DNA of 23,144 nt. It comes from Bacteroidota bacterium. GTDB lineage: Bacteria > Bacteroidota > Ignavibacteria > UBA10030 > UBA8401. Location: the NCBI GenBank assembly GCA_049317705.1, contig JBMOHT010000049.1:1-23144 (forward strand). Reading direction: 5' to 3'. The notes beneath the pieces were generated by a model that was given only the letters and a program-made list of their open reading frames with translations, ran no database searches and was not told the origin of the DNA. How positions within the stretch are numbered: the first letter of the stretch is position 1; each line of letters starts with the position of its first letter. Below, in pieces: positions 22,269 through 23,144 of the stretch. Made by a program: the position numbers and the translations under genes.

Positions 22269-23144
22269 TTACGACAAGAAACCTTCCAGCCGTAATTTCT
22301 CAATTGCGCACTCACACGGCGGGCATTCTGTGATCCCATTCTCTTTCCAGATCAATATTTGCTTTAGAACGTTCTTCATCTCCGACAAGAGCACTTCGCG
22401 CTCCTTTTCGATCACTTTTCTGTGCGTGATATCCCGCAGAAACGTAATTAACTTGCCCCCGTGGAAATGACGGAACTGGACACTGACCTCTACATTATAG
22501 ATGGTGCCATCCTTCCGGCGATGTATTGTCTCAAACCTGTCCTCAGATTCGATCATGACTGTGGAGAGATGTTCCATCGTTGTCTGTTCAATTTCGGATG
22601 CTTCGAGATCGAAGATGCTCATAGTGAGCAGTTCATCCTTACTGTAGCCTGACATCTCACAGTATTTCTCATTCGCTTCGAGCAATTTTCCGTTAAGGTC
22701 AACGATCCAAAATCCATCCAATGCCGATTCGATGATCTCTTTCCTCCACGCTTCCTGGTCACGGAGTTTCCTCTCGGAATATATTTTATCCAAGGCCAAA
22801 TGCCATTCACGAATGGAGCGCTGAACAATACGGTGGATCATTGCGAAGAAATCGGCAGATTTTGGGAAATAATCGAGTGCGCCGGATTTCATCATCTTTA
22901 CAGCCATCGCTTCATCCCCTTGCGATGTCAACACAATCACAGGGAATATCCCTTTGCTGATCGATATGAGAGTATCGCCGTTCCCGTCCGGCAGGAACTG
23001 GTCGGTGAACATCAGCATCGGAGCAGCTTGTCCGATCATCTCAACGGCACCGGCAATGGTACCGGAAATATGGACGCGGTACGGCTCCGGAGCTTCTTCA
23101 AGCGCTCGCTTCATTAATTCGGCGTGTTCCGGATTGTCCTCAAC
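22269..23144 (-). CDS. Response regulator: receiver + PAS + short Cys-rich C-terminal tail; 5' end outside the window
   Basis: The reading frame stays open upstream of the track ATG (23114): codons 23115-23144 read VEDNPEHAEL, a typical receiver beta1/alpha1 (lVEDNp.d.eL), so the true start lies beyond 23144. Other motifs are LMFTDQFLPDGNG (Asp), VIVLTSQGD and YFPKS. The PAS domain is ALDGFWIVDLNGKLLEAN...FLRDITHRK. The tail is ITECPPCECAIEKL. Confidence 0.8.
   Translation of the reverse strand, partial: VEDNPEHAELMKRALEEAPEPYRVHISGTIAGAVEMIGQAAPMLMFTDQFLPDGNGDTLISISKGIFPVIVLTSQGDEAMAVKMMKSGALDYFPKSADFFAMIHRIVQRSIREWHLALDKIYSERKLRDQEAWRKEIIESALDGFWIVDLNGKLLEANEKYCEMSGYSKDELLTMSIFDLEASEIEQTTMEHLSTVMIESEDRFETIHRRKDGTIYNVEVSVQFRHFHGGKLITFLRDITHRKVIEKEREVLLSEMKNVLKQILIWKENGITECPPCECAIEKLRLEGFLS

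Overview
23,144-nt window in which every supported gene (16 CDS and one partial tRNA) is on the minus strand. Five junctions are 4-nt ATGA stop/start overlaps. All plus-strand ORFs in the track look like antisense shadows. In transcription order (high to low coordinates): (1) a receiver-PAS response regulator, 5'-truncated by the window end, then a small pilin-like protein and a strong intrinsic terminator. (2) A six-gene cluster: putative OM beta-barrel protein, secreted TPR protein, MotA-family stator, MotB-family stator (OmpA-like C-terminus), a 595-aa protein that reads as a mini FliF-type ring-building domain + TM + full FliG-like rotor protein, and an HTH protein with a degenerate B12-binding-like domain. 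No other flagellar genes are present, so this is the best candidate for an undescribed system: a minimal stand-alone stator/rotor, envelope-spanning machine. (3) An atypical signalling triad: pseudo-receiver, receiver-kinase with Ser at the canonical phospho-His position, single-domain receiver. (4) A soluble phosphorelay operon: 1865-aa 9xPAS/2xGAF hybrid kinase, receiver-3xPAS-kinase, NtrC-type sigma54 activator. (5) A stand-alone receiver protein. (6) A DUF2723/GT117-type membrane glycosyltransferase. (7) The 5' part of tRNA-Thr(UGU). Three operon-proximal sites fit TGGC-N7-TTG sigma54 spacing but all lack the canonical -12 C. Intergenic regions carry nested GTCAT...ATGAC-type palindromic repeats. 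The tRNA promoter fits the Bacteroidota-type TTG-N19-TAnnTTTG pattern, which weakly suggests an FCB-group (Ignavibacteriota/Bacteroidota-like) host. All domain calls are by-eye motif recognition; no database search was possible.
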